Source: Bacilli bacterium
Lineage (GTDB): Bacteria; Bacillota_I; Bacilli_A; RFN20; CAG-826
Direction: 5' to 3'
Length of the DNA: 64,000 bases
NCBI GenBank assembly: GCA_900767605.1
Contig: CAAFZT010000054.1
Coordinates: forward strand, 35-64,034
Part shown: positions 53,224 to 62,002 of the stretch, piece after piece
How the letters are laid out: the number at the start of each line of letters is the position of its first letter
How positions within the stretch are numbered: the first letter of the stretch is position 1
Position numbers and translations under genes: made by a program
Notes under the pieces: model-generated
Databases searched by the model: none
Told to the model about the DNA's origin: nothing
What the model saw: only the letters and a program-made list of their open reading frames with translations

Positions 53224-54840
53224 TTAGATTTCGCTTGTAGAAATCGACCAACGGTAATTATTCACACGCAATCCTTCTGGACGATAGGAAGGAAGTTGCT
53301 TCGCTTCCAGTTCTTCAATCGAATCGATTTCTCCCTTTAAATAAGCGCTTAAACGGCGTTTTGCATAGGCCATCCGTTCTTTTAATCCACCGAGCCGTGC
53401 ACATTGGATTTCATAGCCAAATGCTTTGTTTTCTCTTAGCCACATTTTTTCAAACACGTCTTGGAAAACATTCAAGGATTCCACGATGACATCACATTCA
53501 TCGCAAAGGACTCTAAGTTCCTTCTTATCTTGGGCAAAATAAGCTTCGTGGGCTTTAATTCCCCAATAGGCTTTATGCTCTAAAACTCCACACAAGGAAG
53601 CAACCATATCAAACACATACCGATAAGGCTCGTTCCGTTTCCCCGCTTCTTCGATTTCCTTTTTTATCGCCCCAAAATCCATGGGGTCCAATTCTTTCAA
53701 ATCCAAATCGTAAACGCCCATTAAGGGGTCGGAATAAAGCAAGCATTTAGAAAGGCTGCTGGCTCCAGTAAGCATCTCTCCCCGGATCATCCCCAAATTC
53801 GGCTTGTCCAAAAGGAAGAAGTCTTCGAAGGAAAGCCCAAGGACATCCTTCATTTTTTTCGCGATGTCTGAAATATCTTCGTTCCCTTTGGCAAACTCGG
53901 AAGCCGCAAAAATAACAGGCAAGGCCTCATAAAGGGAGCATTCTTTTCCGTTATCTCCCCAGAGGGTAAGCAGGTAATGCTCCACGTGATTTTTTCTCAT
54001 GCTTTGGAAAGAAGCTTTCAATAGACCGAGCGAATAGGCATTCTGTGGGCAGAATCCACGCCAAGTATATCCAGCGCCCGCAAACCAAACGGGGTGATGG
54101 AATTCGCCATAGAATTCAAACATGCGGTCATAGAAATGGGGATCTTCATGCCCATAGTCCCAATAGGCGAGGCTGACGTTAGAAGGAATCCGATTCACCA
54201 CCTCTTCGGGAGCGTGGAAATTCTCGATGTCGATTTCATCCAAATAATGGCCATTATTAGACAAGCGAACGAACATATCGCCCCACATATGGCAGTCAAA
54301 ATCATATTTTTTGGCAATTTTAGCCACGCGTTCCAAATGACGGGCAATGATTTCGCCTTGTTTTTCGTAACCATATTCCCGGAGATGCTTCCCATATCCA
54401 AGGTTATAGGCTTCATCCATTCCAATATTGAGGTTTTTCGAAGTAAAGCAAGCCCGGACATTGGCGATCAAGCGTTCTATGAAATCGTATACCTCCGGCT
54501 TATCTACGTTCAGGATATCATCGATATCAAGCAGTTTTTGGAAGCAGCCAAGTTTCGCTGGATTCGTGAAATGGGCCAGGGTTTGGATGCAGGGAATGAG
54601 TTCTACTCCCTTGGAAGCGCAATAACGGTCCAATTCTTGGATTTCCTTCTTGGAATAGGCTCCGCGAAGATATCCAAAATAGGGGTCCCCATCGATTTCA
54701 TAAATATCTTCGCTATAAAGCTCTAACGTGTCGTAGCCAATCTTGGCAATCAAATCCACGAAGCGAATTAATTCGTCGTGATTTAAAACCCCATTACGGG
54801 AAACATCGACCATGACACCGAAATGCTGATATCCTTGCAT
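53224..54840 (-). CDS. glycoside hydrolase family 20-like beta-N-acetylhexosaminidase
   Basis: The ATG at 54840 gives MQGYQHFGVMVDVSRNG. The NIGMDEA block corresponds to the GH20 H-x-G-x-D-E catalytic region. No signal peptide. Confidence 0.78.
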   Translation of the reverse strand: MQGYQHFGVMVDVSRNGVLNHDELIRFVDLIAKIGYDTLELYSEDIYEIDGDPYFGYLRGAYSKKEIQELDRYCASKGVELIPCIQTLAHFTNPAKLGCFQKLLDIDDILNVDKPEVYDFIERLIANVRACFTSKNLNIGMDEAYNLGYGKHLREYGYEKQGEIIARHLERVAKIAKKYDFDCHMWGDMFVRLSNNGHYLDEIDIENFHAPEEVVNRIPSNVSLAYWDYGHEDPHFYDRMFEFYGEFHHPVWFAGAGYTWRGFCPQNAYSLGLLKASFQSMRKNHVEHYLLTLWGDNGKECSLYEALPVIFAASEFAKGNEDISDIAKKMKDVLGLSFEDFFLLDKPNLGMIRGEMLTGASSLSKCLLYSDPLMGVYDLDLKELDPMDFGAIKKEIEEAGKRNEPYRYVFDMVASLCGVLEHKAYWGIKAHEAYFAQDKKELRVLCDECDVIVESLNVFQDVFEKMWLRENKAFGYEIQCARLGGLKERMAYAKRRLSAYLKGEIDSIEELEAKQLPSYRPEGLRVNNYRWSISTSEI

Positions 54841-55007
54841 ACAAAATCCTCTGTTAGCTTGATTGTACATGGAATTCTATCAATCGTTTCTTCCTATTTT
54901 CATCATGAGTAAAAAACATGAAAAACTTGTACAAAAAACAAACCAGCAAACCCATAGTTTTATTAGATTCCATAGGCCAAAACTCCTCTTTATGCCATAA
55001 TGAGCAC

Positions 55008-55901
55008 ATGATGAATTTCACTTTAGAAAATAACGCTTTACGGATCGAGGTCACTTCTTTTGGAGGAAACCTTACCTCCATTTTTGATAAAACCCGGAAC
55101 GAAGAACTCTTCTATCAGCCGCTTCCAGAATCTTGGCAACGCCAGGACCATTTTCTCTTCCCCTTCACCGGAAGAATTGTCGATGGGAATTACCTTTATC
55201 GCGGCAAAACCTATACCATGCCGATGCATGGCCTGTTATTAAACCAAGAAGGGCGAGGAAGAAAAGAATCCGATACCACCATCGAAATCGTTTTTACCTC
55301 TAACGAAGAAACATTAATCCATTACCCCTTCCCCTTCGAAGCAAAAGCCACTTTCTCTCTTTTGCCCCACGGGGTTCAAGTTACTTATGAAATCCAAAAT
55401 AAAGGGGACAGTACCCTAATATTCGGGCTTGGCGGCCACCCCGCATTCCGCGTCCCTTGTCAAAAAGAACCAAATGGAATTCTAGAAACTTCCGGGAACA
55501 CCCTTCTTCTTCCACCCTACAAAGAAGAAATAAAAATGACGGAATTATTGCCAGGAGGGTTCGTCAGCGATCGCCTTTTGATCGTTCCTGGGCTCCAAAA
55601 TAACGTTATTGATTTATCCTCTGATTTCTTTCAAAAAGTTGACACGGCAATTCTTGACTCAAGGAACTTCGAAGAGGTCGTTTTAAACAAGAAAGATGGT
55701 TCTAAAATTCGTTTCCATCTAGGAACTGCCCCTCATCTATGTTTGTGGCGGGATTTAAAAGGGGATTTCGTCGCCATTGAGCCATGGCTATCTACTCCTG
55801 ATGTTTTGCCGTTAGAAAAGGATTTGGAGAAAAAGAAAAACCTCCTCCATTTAGAGGCGGGAAAAACATTCGTCTACTCCTATTCCTTCGATATTGAATA
55901 G
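55008..55901 (+). CDS. aldose 1-epimerase (mutarotase) family protein
   Basis: ORF track 54918..55901. An internal ATG at 55008 (MMNFTLENNALRIEVTSFGGNL) fits the family N-terminus and leaves a divergent promoter spacer. GGHPAFRV and EPW blocks. Confidence 0.75.
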   Translation: MMNFTLENNALRIEVTSFGGNLTSIFDKTRNEELFYQPLPESWQRQDHFLFPFTGRIVDGNYLYRGKTYTMPMHGLLLNQEGRGRKESDTTIEIVFTSNEETLIHYPFPFEAKATFSLLPHGVQVTYEIQNKGDSTLIFGLGGHPAFRVPCQKEPNGILETSGNTLLLPPYKEEIKMTELLPGGFVSDRLLIVPGLQNNVIDLSSDFFQKVDTAILDSRNFEEVVLNKKDGSKIRFHLGTAPHLCLWRDLKGDFVAIEPWLSTPDVLPLEKDLEKKKNLLHLEAGKTFVYSYSFDIE

Positions 55902-55902
55902 C

Positions 55903-55938
55903 AAAAGGCCGTCTCCCAATCGCAGGAAACGGCCTTTT
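55903..55938. terminator. bidirectional intrinsic terminator
   Basis: AAAAGGCCGT (55903-55912) / ACGGCCTTTT (55929-55938), between the convergent epimerase and lipoprotein genes. Confidence 0.8.
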
Positions 55939-55950
55939 AAATTCAACGGT

Positions 55951-56580
55951 TTATCGCGGGTTATAATCGTAAAGGCAACTATAGTACAAAGGATTGTTAA
56001 GCTTGGCATTGTAGGAATAATAAAGAGTCGCCCCGTCCTCGAAGTCTTTGAAATCTTTTTTCACGATTGCATCGCCGCTTTTGCTTAAGCAATACCCAGC
56101 GCGTCCGGGATATAAATGAGACGCGCTAATCTCCGGTCCTTCAGATCCATCCGCATAAGAAAAGGAAACATCGTCTCCATTTCGATGGATGACAACCGAA
56201 TAAACATCGGCATATTTCACTTCGATTTTGTCGATTTGATCATCAATATAGCATCGGCTCGGATAAATTTCTTGTATTTTGACATCTACTGTCCCTTTCA
56301 AGGTAATGTCAAGGGCGTCTCCGCCGATTAATTGGTCGAAATCAATACCAAAATCTTCTAATTTTAATGGAACGAAATCCCCTTTTTCGTTTCGGTATTC
56401 GACCACGTCGCATTCATGAATAAGTTTGTAATAAGATTCTTCTTTCCCATCGTATGAAACGAAGTTATTCGTCACGGCAAAAAGGAATTCCGTTGGTTTC
56501 GGCGGAGTCTCCGGGGTGGAGTTGCATCCTATTAAAGCCGTTAGGCCGGCGATGAAGACAAAAGCATTGCGTTTATTCAT
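55951..56580 (-). CDS. lipoprotein, unknown function
   Basis: 209 aa. Signal peptide with lipobox LTALIGC. GGAGGGG RBS. Confidence 0.7.
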   Translation of the reverse strand: MNKRNAFVFIAGLTALIGCNSTPETPPKPTEFLFAVTNNFVSYDGKEESYYKLIHECDVVEYRNEKGDFVPLKLEDFGIDFDQLIGGDALDITLKGTVDVKIQEIYPSRCYIDDQIDKIEVKYADVYSVVIHRNGDDVSFSYADGSEGPEISASHLYPGRAGYCLSKSGDAIVKKDFKDFEDGATLYYSYNAKLNNPLYYSCLYDYNPR

Positions 56581-56803
56581 ACACTACCCCTCCATGGTTT
56601 GATTACTTTTAGGATATATATCCATATATAAAGAAAGCAAGTAAATGTGGAAACTAGTACTTTTGAAGCCGCGATACGTTATGCCAAAAAGCAGGAAGTG
56701 CGAATATCGATTTCAACTCCGTGTTTAGAAACTCTCGTCAAATCTTACGAACGAAAAGGCCGCCTTTTCGACTGGCAGCCTTTTTGTATGGATATCTACG
56801 GTT

Positions 56804-58780
56804 TTAAGCCGCTTTGTCTTCGTCGACAACCGCTTCTTTTTCGTTGCTTGGATAGGCCTTTTCAAACAAGGCGTTCAAGTTCTTCACGAATTCGGCTTTG
56901 TCTTCGATTTCAAATCCTTCGGCAAGCATCGCTTCATCGTAAAGCAAATGTCCGACCGCGGCGATTTCTTTTTCATCCGTCACATTGGCAAGGCTTCTAA
57001 ATAACGGATGGTTCGGATTGATGTTCAAAACCTTTTGGGCTTGGACTTTTTCTTCCGGATGGGCATCCGTCTCCGGGTTCTCATTGAGGGTCTTCGCCAT
57101 CTGCATGCTCAAACCATTCTTGGTCGAGATCGATACCGGCGCATCTTCAAGTTGCAATGAGAATCCCACTTCGTCGACTTTGCCCGTTAACGCAGACTTC
57201 ACATCGTCGAGGAAACGACGGTGTTCCGTGGACAAGGATTCGATATCTTTCTTTTCTTCATCGCTTAAGGATTCTTTATCTTCCGCGGTGATGTTCTTAA
57301 AGGACAGTTCTTTGAATTCCTGCATGGCTTGCAAAGTGAATTCATCGATATCGTTGGTCAAAAGCAGCACGTCTTCCCCGGATTTCCGGTATTTGGCCAT
57401 CTCCGGCAGCATCTTTAACGATTCTAGCGTCTTGCCCGACACATACCAAATGGTCTTTTGTCCTTCCTTCAAGGCGGCTTTATAGTCGTCTAACGAAATA
57501 GGTTTATCTCCATTTAAATGATCGAAGACCAATAGATCCTGAAGTTCTTCTTTCTTCATTCCATAGGAGCTATAGATGCCGAACTTAATGAAGGATCCAT
57601 ATTCTTTCCAGAATTCGAGATATTTCTCGTAATCCTCTTTCTTCCATTGAATCAAACGGTCCACGACCTTCTTTTCAATGTTCTTGGCTACCTTCGATAG
57701 CAAAGGATTCTTCTGAAGCATTTCACGGGAAATGTTGAGCTGCAAATCCTCGGAGTCGATTAAGCCGCGGAGGAACTTAAGATAGTCGGGGACGAGTTCT
57801 TTGTTCTTTTCCTCGATAAAGATTCCTTTGGCATAAAGGGCTAAGCCTTTTTCATAATTTTGAGAATAGAGGTTATATGGGGCGCGGGCAGGAATATAAA
57901 CAAGCGCGTTATATTCCAAAGTTCCCTCCACCTTGATATTCATCGCTAGCATCGGGTCTTCATAGTCGTTGAACCGATTCTTATAGAATTCATTGAGGTC
58001 TTTGTCCGTGACGTCTTTTTTTGCTTTCTTCCATAACGGAATCATCGAATTTAAAGTCTCAATCACTTCTTCATCGTGATACTTGTCTTTGATGGGTTTG
58101 CCATCCGCGTCGACGTCTTGAACGGATTTCTTCACTTTTTGTTGAATCGGATAACGAATGAAATCGCTATATTTCTTCACCAAACGAGAAAGGGTCCATT
58201 CTTCAAGGTAGGTCGAATATTTCTCGTCTTCTTCGTCGTCTTTTAAATAGACGCGAACCGCCGATCCCGAATCCGGCAAGAAAGAATTAGGATCATCTTC
58301 AATCGTATAGGTTTCTACGCCATCACTAGAGAATTTATAGGCATTGCCTTCCAAATCCTTGGTATAGACTTCAATCTTTTTCGCCACCATGAAGGCGCTA
58401 TAGAAACCAACACCGAATTGACCAATTAAATCAACGTCTTCCTTGTTGTCTTTGGCTTCTTTCATCTTCTCCAAGAATTCCTTGGTGCCGCTTTTAGCGA
58501 TGGTGCCAAGATGGTTCTCGAGGTCTTCTTTGGACATGCCGATGCCGTTATCTTGGATTTGAAGCCAACGTTCGTCCTTATTGACCGAAAGGAAAATCTT
58601 ATGGTCTTTCGTCGGGTATTTTCCTTCGCTAGAAACGGCGAGGAAACGGTATTTATCAATCGCATCGCTGGCGTTGGAAATCAATTCGCGAAGGAAAATT
58701 TCCTTGTTGGAATAAATGGAGTTGATCATCAAGTTCAAAAGCTGTTTGGACTCGGTTTTAAATTGTTTTTCTTCTTTCAT
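56804..58780 (-). CDS. htpG: molecular chaperone HtpG (Hsp90)
   Basis: 658 aa. ELISNASDAIDK, IGQFGVGFYSAFMVA and other GHKL/Hsp90 blocks. Confidence 0.96.
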   Translation of the reverse strand: MKEEKQFKTESKQLLNLMINSIYSNKEIFLRELISNASDAIDKYRFLAVSSEGKYPTKDHKIFLSVNKDERWLQIQDNGIGMSKEDLENHLGTIAKSGTKEFLEKMKEAKDNKEDVDLIGQFGVGFYSAFMVAKKIEVYTKDLEGNAYKFSSDGVETYTIEDDPNSFLPDSGSAVRVYLKDDEEDEKYSTYLEEWTLSRLVKKYSDFIRYPIQQKVKKSVQDVDADGKPIKDKYHDEEVIETLNSMIPLWKKAKKDVTDKDLNEFYKNRFNDYEDPMLAMNIKVEGTLEYNALVYIPARAPYNLYSQNYEKGLALYAKGIFIEEKNKELVPDYLKFLRGLIDSEDLQLNISREMLQKNPLLSKVAKNIEKKVVDRLIQWKKEDYEKYLEFWKEYGSFIKFGIYSSYGMKKEELQDLLVFDHLNGDKPISLDDYKAALKEGQKTIWYVSGKTLESLKMLPEMAKYRKSGEDVLLLTNDIDEFTLQAMQEFKELSFKNITAEDKESLSDEEKKDIESLSTEHRRFLDDVKSALTGKVDEVGFSLQLEDAPVSISTKNGLSMQMAKTLNENPETDAHPEEKVQAQKVLNINPNHPLFRSLANVTDEKEIAAVGHLLYDEAMLAEGFEIEDKAEFVKNLNALFEKAYPSNEKEAVVDEDKAA

Positions 58781-58802
58781 CTTTCGTATCTCCTTTTGAG
58801 TT

Positions 58803-58829
58803 TTAGCAGTTAATACGTTCGAGTGCTAA
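58803..58829 (-). promoter_or_regulatory. CIRCE (HrcA operator) in the htpG leader
   Basis: Minus strand TTAGCACTC-GAACGTATT-AACTGCTAA, 16/18 matches to TTAGCACTC-N9-GAGTGCTAA. 23-49 nt upstream of the htpG ATG and downstream of the candidate promoter. Confidence 0.8.
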
Positions 58830-58837
58830 CGTTCTAT

Positions 58838-58865
58838 ATCTTACTTGCTTCTCCGCCTTTATCAA
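58838..58865 (-). promoter_or_regulatory. candidate sigmaA promoter of htpG
   Basis: Minus strand TTGATA (58860-58865), 16 nt, TAAGAT (58838-58843), immediately upstream of CIRCE. Confidence 0.5.
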
Positions 58866-58928
58866 GGGGGTTGCGTTACTTTTTCTTCCATTCCATTTTT
58901 ATCCTGACTAAAGGGGGGTGATTCCTTG

Positions 58929-58977
58929 AACTTAGAAGTTAACTTAGTAGTTGGACTTCTAAGTTCGCTTCTAAGTT
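58929..58977. repeat. four-copy 10-12-nt repeat array (two direct + two inverted copies at 12-bp phasing)
   Basis: AACTTAGAAGTT (58929-58940), AACTTAGTAGTT (58941-58952), then the inverted copies CTTCTAAGTT at 58956-58965 and 58968-58977. Confidence 0.55.
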
Positions 58978-59192
58978 AATTTCAAGAGGTTTGTTCCATG
59001 GCTTTATGATCAAATATGTCGATTAAATGTTGCCTTTGCTTACTTGCTTCACCAAGCATTAGACGAAATTTCGTAGTTACTCCTCTTTTCTAAGTAGACT
59101 CTTTCCTTGGATTGATCCGCCAACTTCCCTGTTTAATCCCCTCTTTTCGTGCACCATCTACTGCTTCCAAGAAAAACGCTTATAATGGAGCA

Positions 59193-60851
59193 ATGCTAGA
59201 ACGATTAACGATTCATAACCTTGCCATTCTCTCCAATGTCGACGCTCATTTCCACGACGGATTCACGGTTTTAACCGGTGAAACCGGGGCAGGAAAAAGC
59301 CTTGTCATTGATTCTTTATCTTTATTATTAGGCGCACGCGCATCCACCGAACTGATCCGCGCTGGCGAAGATAAAGCCTCCATTCAAGGCATTTTCACTT
59401 CTTCTCCACGCATCGAGGCGTTCTTGGCTAAACGCGATATCCCTTCCCAAGACTCACTCACCGTTGAACGCATCATTGGGCGAAGCAAAAGCTACGCCAA
59501 AATCAACGGAGTCACTGTTTCTTTACCCGATTTACAAAAATTAGGAAGCGAACTCGCCGACATCCATTCTCAATTCGATTTCCAAAAGATCTTAAATCCC
59601 GAGAATTACCTTTCCATTATCGATGGATTGTCCCCCTCGATTCTTGCAAACACCTTAGAAGCCTACCAAGAAAAAAGAAACGCCTTCCTTAAAGCCAAGG
59701 AAGAATACGAAGTCCTCAAAAAAGAGAAAGAGCAGTTGGACGCGGGCAAGGATTTTTATGCCTACCAATACCAAGAGTTAAAAGCTTTGAATCTCTATGA
59801 AGGCGAAGAAGAGGAAATCGAAGCCCAAATCGATGTCTTGAAAAACTACGATAAGGTCTATTCCCTTCACCAAGAGGCCAATCAAATTCTGCGGAGCGAC
59901 TACTTCGATCAACTTTACGAATTGGATCAACTCCTCAAAAAACTATCCGGATACGAAAAAGAATACGAAGCCTACCAAGAAAAAATCGATGATCGTTATT
60001 ACGAGCTTTCCGATTTGTTCGATGAATTAAAACGGAAACTCTCCGACATGGACTATGACCCGGAAAAGCTCAACGAACTGGAACAACGGCAAAGCGATAT
60101 CGAGGAATGCAAACGGAAATATCACCGTTCCTATTCTGAGCTTTTGGAATATCGCGATTATCTTCAAAAGGGATTTGGAGATAACGCCAGCTTAGAAGAC
60201 GCGTTAAAGGAAAAAGAAAAAGCCAAGGAAGAGGCTTTCGAAGAAGCTTATAAGACGGCTTTGGAACTTAGCCAAATTCGTCAAAAAACATCTCTCAAAA
60301 TCGAAAAAGAACTCGAAGCTGCATTAAAATCGCTTCTTCTTCAAGTTCAATTCCATATCGGCTTTGCCCCCATCTCGAAAAACGAGTCCGTCTTGGGTGA
60401 AAATGGCATCGACTCCGTGGATTTCTTAATCGAAACCAACGTTGGAGAAGGGATGAAGAGCTTATCGAAAATCCTCTCTGGCGGCGAGGCTAGCCGCATC
60501 ATGCTGGCTTTCAAAGCCTTGCTTATCAAAGCCAAGAAAATTCCAACCGTCATCTTTGATGAAATCGATACGGGCTTAAGCGGGGTTTCCGCGCAGGCGG
60601 TCGCGAATAAAATCGCAGAGATTTCTCTTTCCACCCAAGTGATTTCCATTACCCATATGCCTCAGGTTGCTGCACGTAGCGATCACCAGATTCTCTTATC
60701 CAAAAAGGTAAAAGAAGGCAGGACGTATGCCGAAATCAAGGAATTAGGATTAGACGAAAAGATTCGCCAAGTTGCTTATTTAATCAGTGGGGGCGACATC
60801 ACCCAAAAACAACTCGATTACGCGACCGAAATGGTCATGAGCCACTCTTAA
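59193..60851 (+). CDS. recN: DNA repair protein RecN
   Basis: ORF track 59112..60851 (TTG). The ATG at 59193 gives MLERLTIHNLAIL. Walker A GETGAGKSL, long coiled coil, LSGGEASRIMLA signature, IFDEIDTG Walker B. Confidence 0.93.
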   Translation: MLERLTIHNLAILSNVDAHFHDGFTVLTGETGAGKSLVIDSLSLLLGARASTELIRAGEDKASIQGIFTSSPRIEAFLAKRDIPSQDSLTVERIIGRSKSYAKINGVTVSLPDLQKLGSELADIHSQFDFQKILNPENYLSIIDGLSPSILANTLEAYQEKRNAFLKAKEEYEVLKKEKEQLDAGKDFYAYQYQELKALNLYEGEEEEIEAQIDVLKNYDKVYSLHQEANQILRSDYFDQLYELDQLLKKLSGYEKEYEAYQEKIDDRYYELSDLFDELKRKLSDMDYDPEKLNELEQRQSDIEECKRKYHRSYSELLEYRDYLQKGFGDNASLEDALKEKEKAKEEAFEEAYKTALELSQIRQKTSLKIEKELEAALKSLLLQVQFHIGFAPISKNESVLGENGIDSVDFLIETNVGEGMKSLSKILSGGEASRIMLAFKALLIKAKKIPTVIFDEIDTGLSGVSAQAVANKIAEISLSTQVISITHMPQVAARSDHQILLSKKVKEGRTYAEIKELGLDEKIRQVAYLISGGDITQKQLDYATEMVMSHS

Positions 60852-61840
60852 CGGTCGTCTTGATCAAAGGGGATTAAGCTTTTCACGCAGTCTTTGGGCT
60901 GAATACGAATTTCATTGTTATCCAAATCAATGAGGACATAACGGTCATTTCCCATGCCCATTTCTTTCATATAGCTCAATTGCCTTAAGCCGTGACGAGA
61001 TTCCATGCGTTCCACCAAGACGTGTCTTTCGTCTTCTTTCATCGCGTAGACGATATCGACGCACGCCTGGTCGATAGCAAGAAGATCTAAAGAAGCCAAA
61101 ATCCCCACATTTGGAGTCACAACCGGCTCGGCACGGATCCCTTCGCAATCGCAGGACACGGACATGTTACGCATCACGTTGACGAAAGCAATTTGGTCCT
61201 TAAAGAATTCAAGGGTCGCCTTCGTGCTTTCCACCATGCGCTCCATGAATTCTTCCTTGGCTATGCTCCATTGATTGTTGGAATGGGGGTAGGTATGAAT
61301 CATTGCTTTGCCAATGCGTCCATCCGCCATCCCAATGGCGAGGTTTTTGTTCGAGCCACCAAAACCGCCTTGGGTATGTCCCTTAAAATGGGTCAAAACC
61401 AAAAGGGAATCATAATTTCTCGTATGGGAGCCTACGCTCATTTCCTTAAAGTATTTGCCGCCGTGAAGGGGAAGCATCGTCGTTCCTTCTTCATCCAAAA
61501 TATCCACGGGGCAAAAGTTCCAGCCGTTCTTCTCCAACGTTTTTCGATGGACTTCCGTCGTGTAACGGTCACCCTCGTAATAGGTGTTGGTCTCCACAAT
61601 CGTCGCTTCGGGCAAACGCGAGGCAAGCAAATCCTTCACCCAAGGACGAGGAAGGATGTTAGGCCCACCCTGTTCGCCCGTATGAAGCTTGACCGCGACT
61701 TTCCCTTTCAAGGAAGCGGCGATTTTGTCGTAGGCTTTTTCTAGTCCTTTCGCGCTTAAATCGCGGGTAAAATAAACAATGGATTCGTTCCCCGTTCTTT
61801 CTTCATAGGGAACATAATGGCTACCGTCTTTTAGATTCAT
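60848..61840 (-). CDS. DUF362-family protein (uncharacterised, Cys-containing)
   Basis: The ATG at 61840 lies 8 nt behind GGAG. KLHTGE, FKGHTQGGFGGSNKNLAIG and SVSCDCEG blocks as in DUF362 proteins. Its stop codon overlaps the recN stop codon (TTAA). Confidence 0.7.
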   Translation of the reverse strand: MNLKDGSHYVPYEERTGNESIVYFTRDLSAKGLEKAYDKIAASLKGKVAVKLHTGEQGGPNILPRPWVKDLLASRLPEATIVETNTYYEGDRYTTEVHRKTLEKNGWNFCPVDILDEEGTTMLPLHGGKYFKEMSVGSHTRNYDSLLVLTHFKGHTQGGFGGSNKNLAIGMADGRIGKAMIHTYPHSNNQWSIAKEEFMERMVESTKATLEFFKDQIAFVNVMRNMSVSCDCEGIRAEPVVTPNVGILASLDLLAIDQACVDIVYAMKEDERHVLVERMESRHGLRQLSYMKEMGMGNDRYVLIDLDNNEIRIQPKDCVKSLIPFDQDDR

Positions 61841-62002
61841 AAATACTTCTCCGTTCACTGCTTTTCATTTTATCCATGAAAGCCTTTATGTAAACATAAA
61901 AGCAGCGGATAAATCGTTACTAGTTCGATATTTATCATTATCTAGTTTTTATTACTAGTTCTTGTTTGAAATAAGTATATAATGAAGAAAAAGGAGGGCG
62001 TT

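Noticed and set aside
56647-57000. 117-aa plus-strand ORF starting in the lipoprotein-htpG spacer
   Set aside because: It runs antisense into the htpG 3' end and has no RBS. The hairpin at 56751-56769 within it is better explained as the htpG terminator region.
59063-59074. Palindrome ACGAAATTTCGT upstream of recN as a LexA (Cheo) box
   Set aside because: The Cheo consensus is CGAAC-N4-GTTCG. This site lacks the GAAC/GTTC half-sites, so I do not call it a LexA operator.
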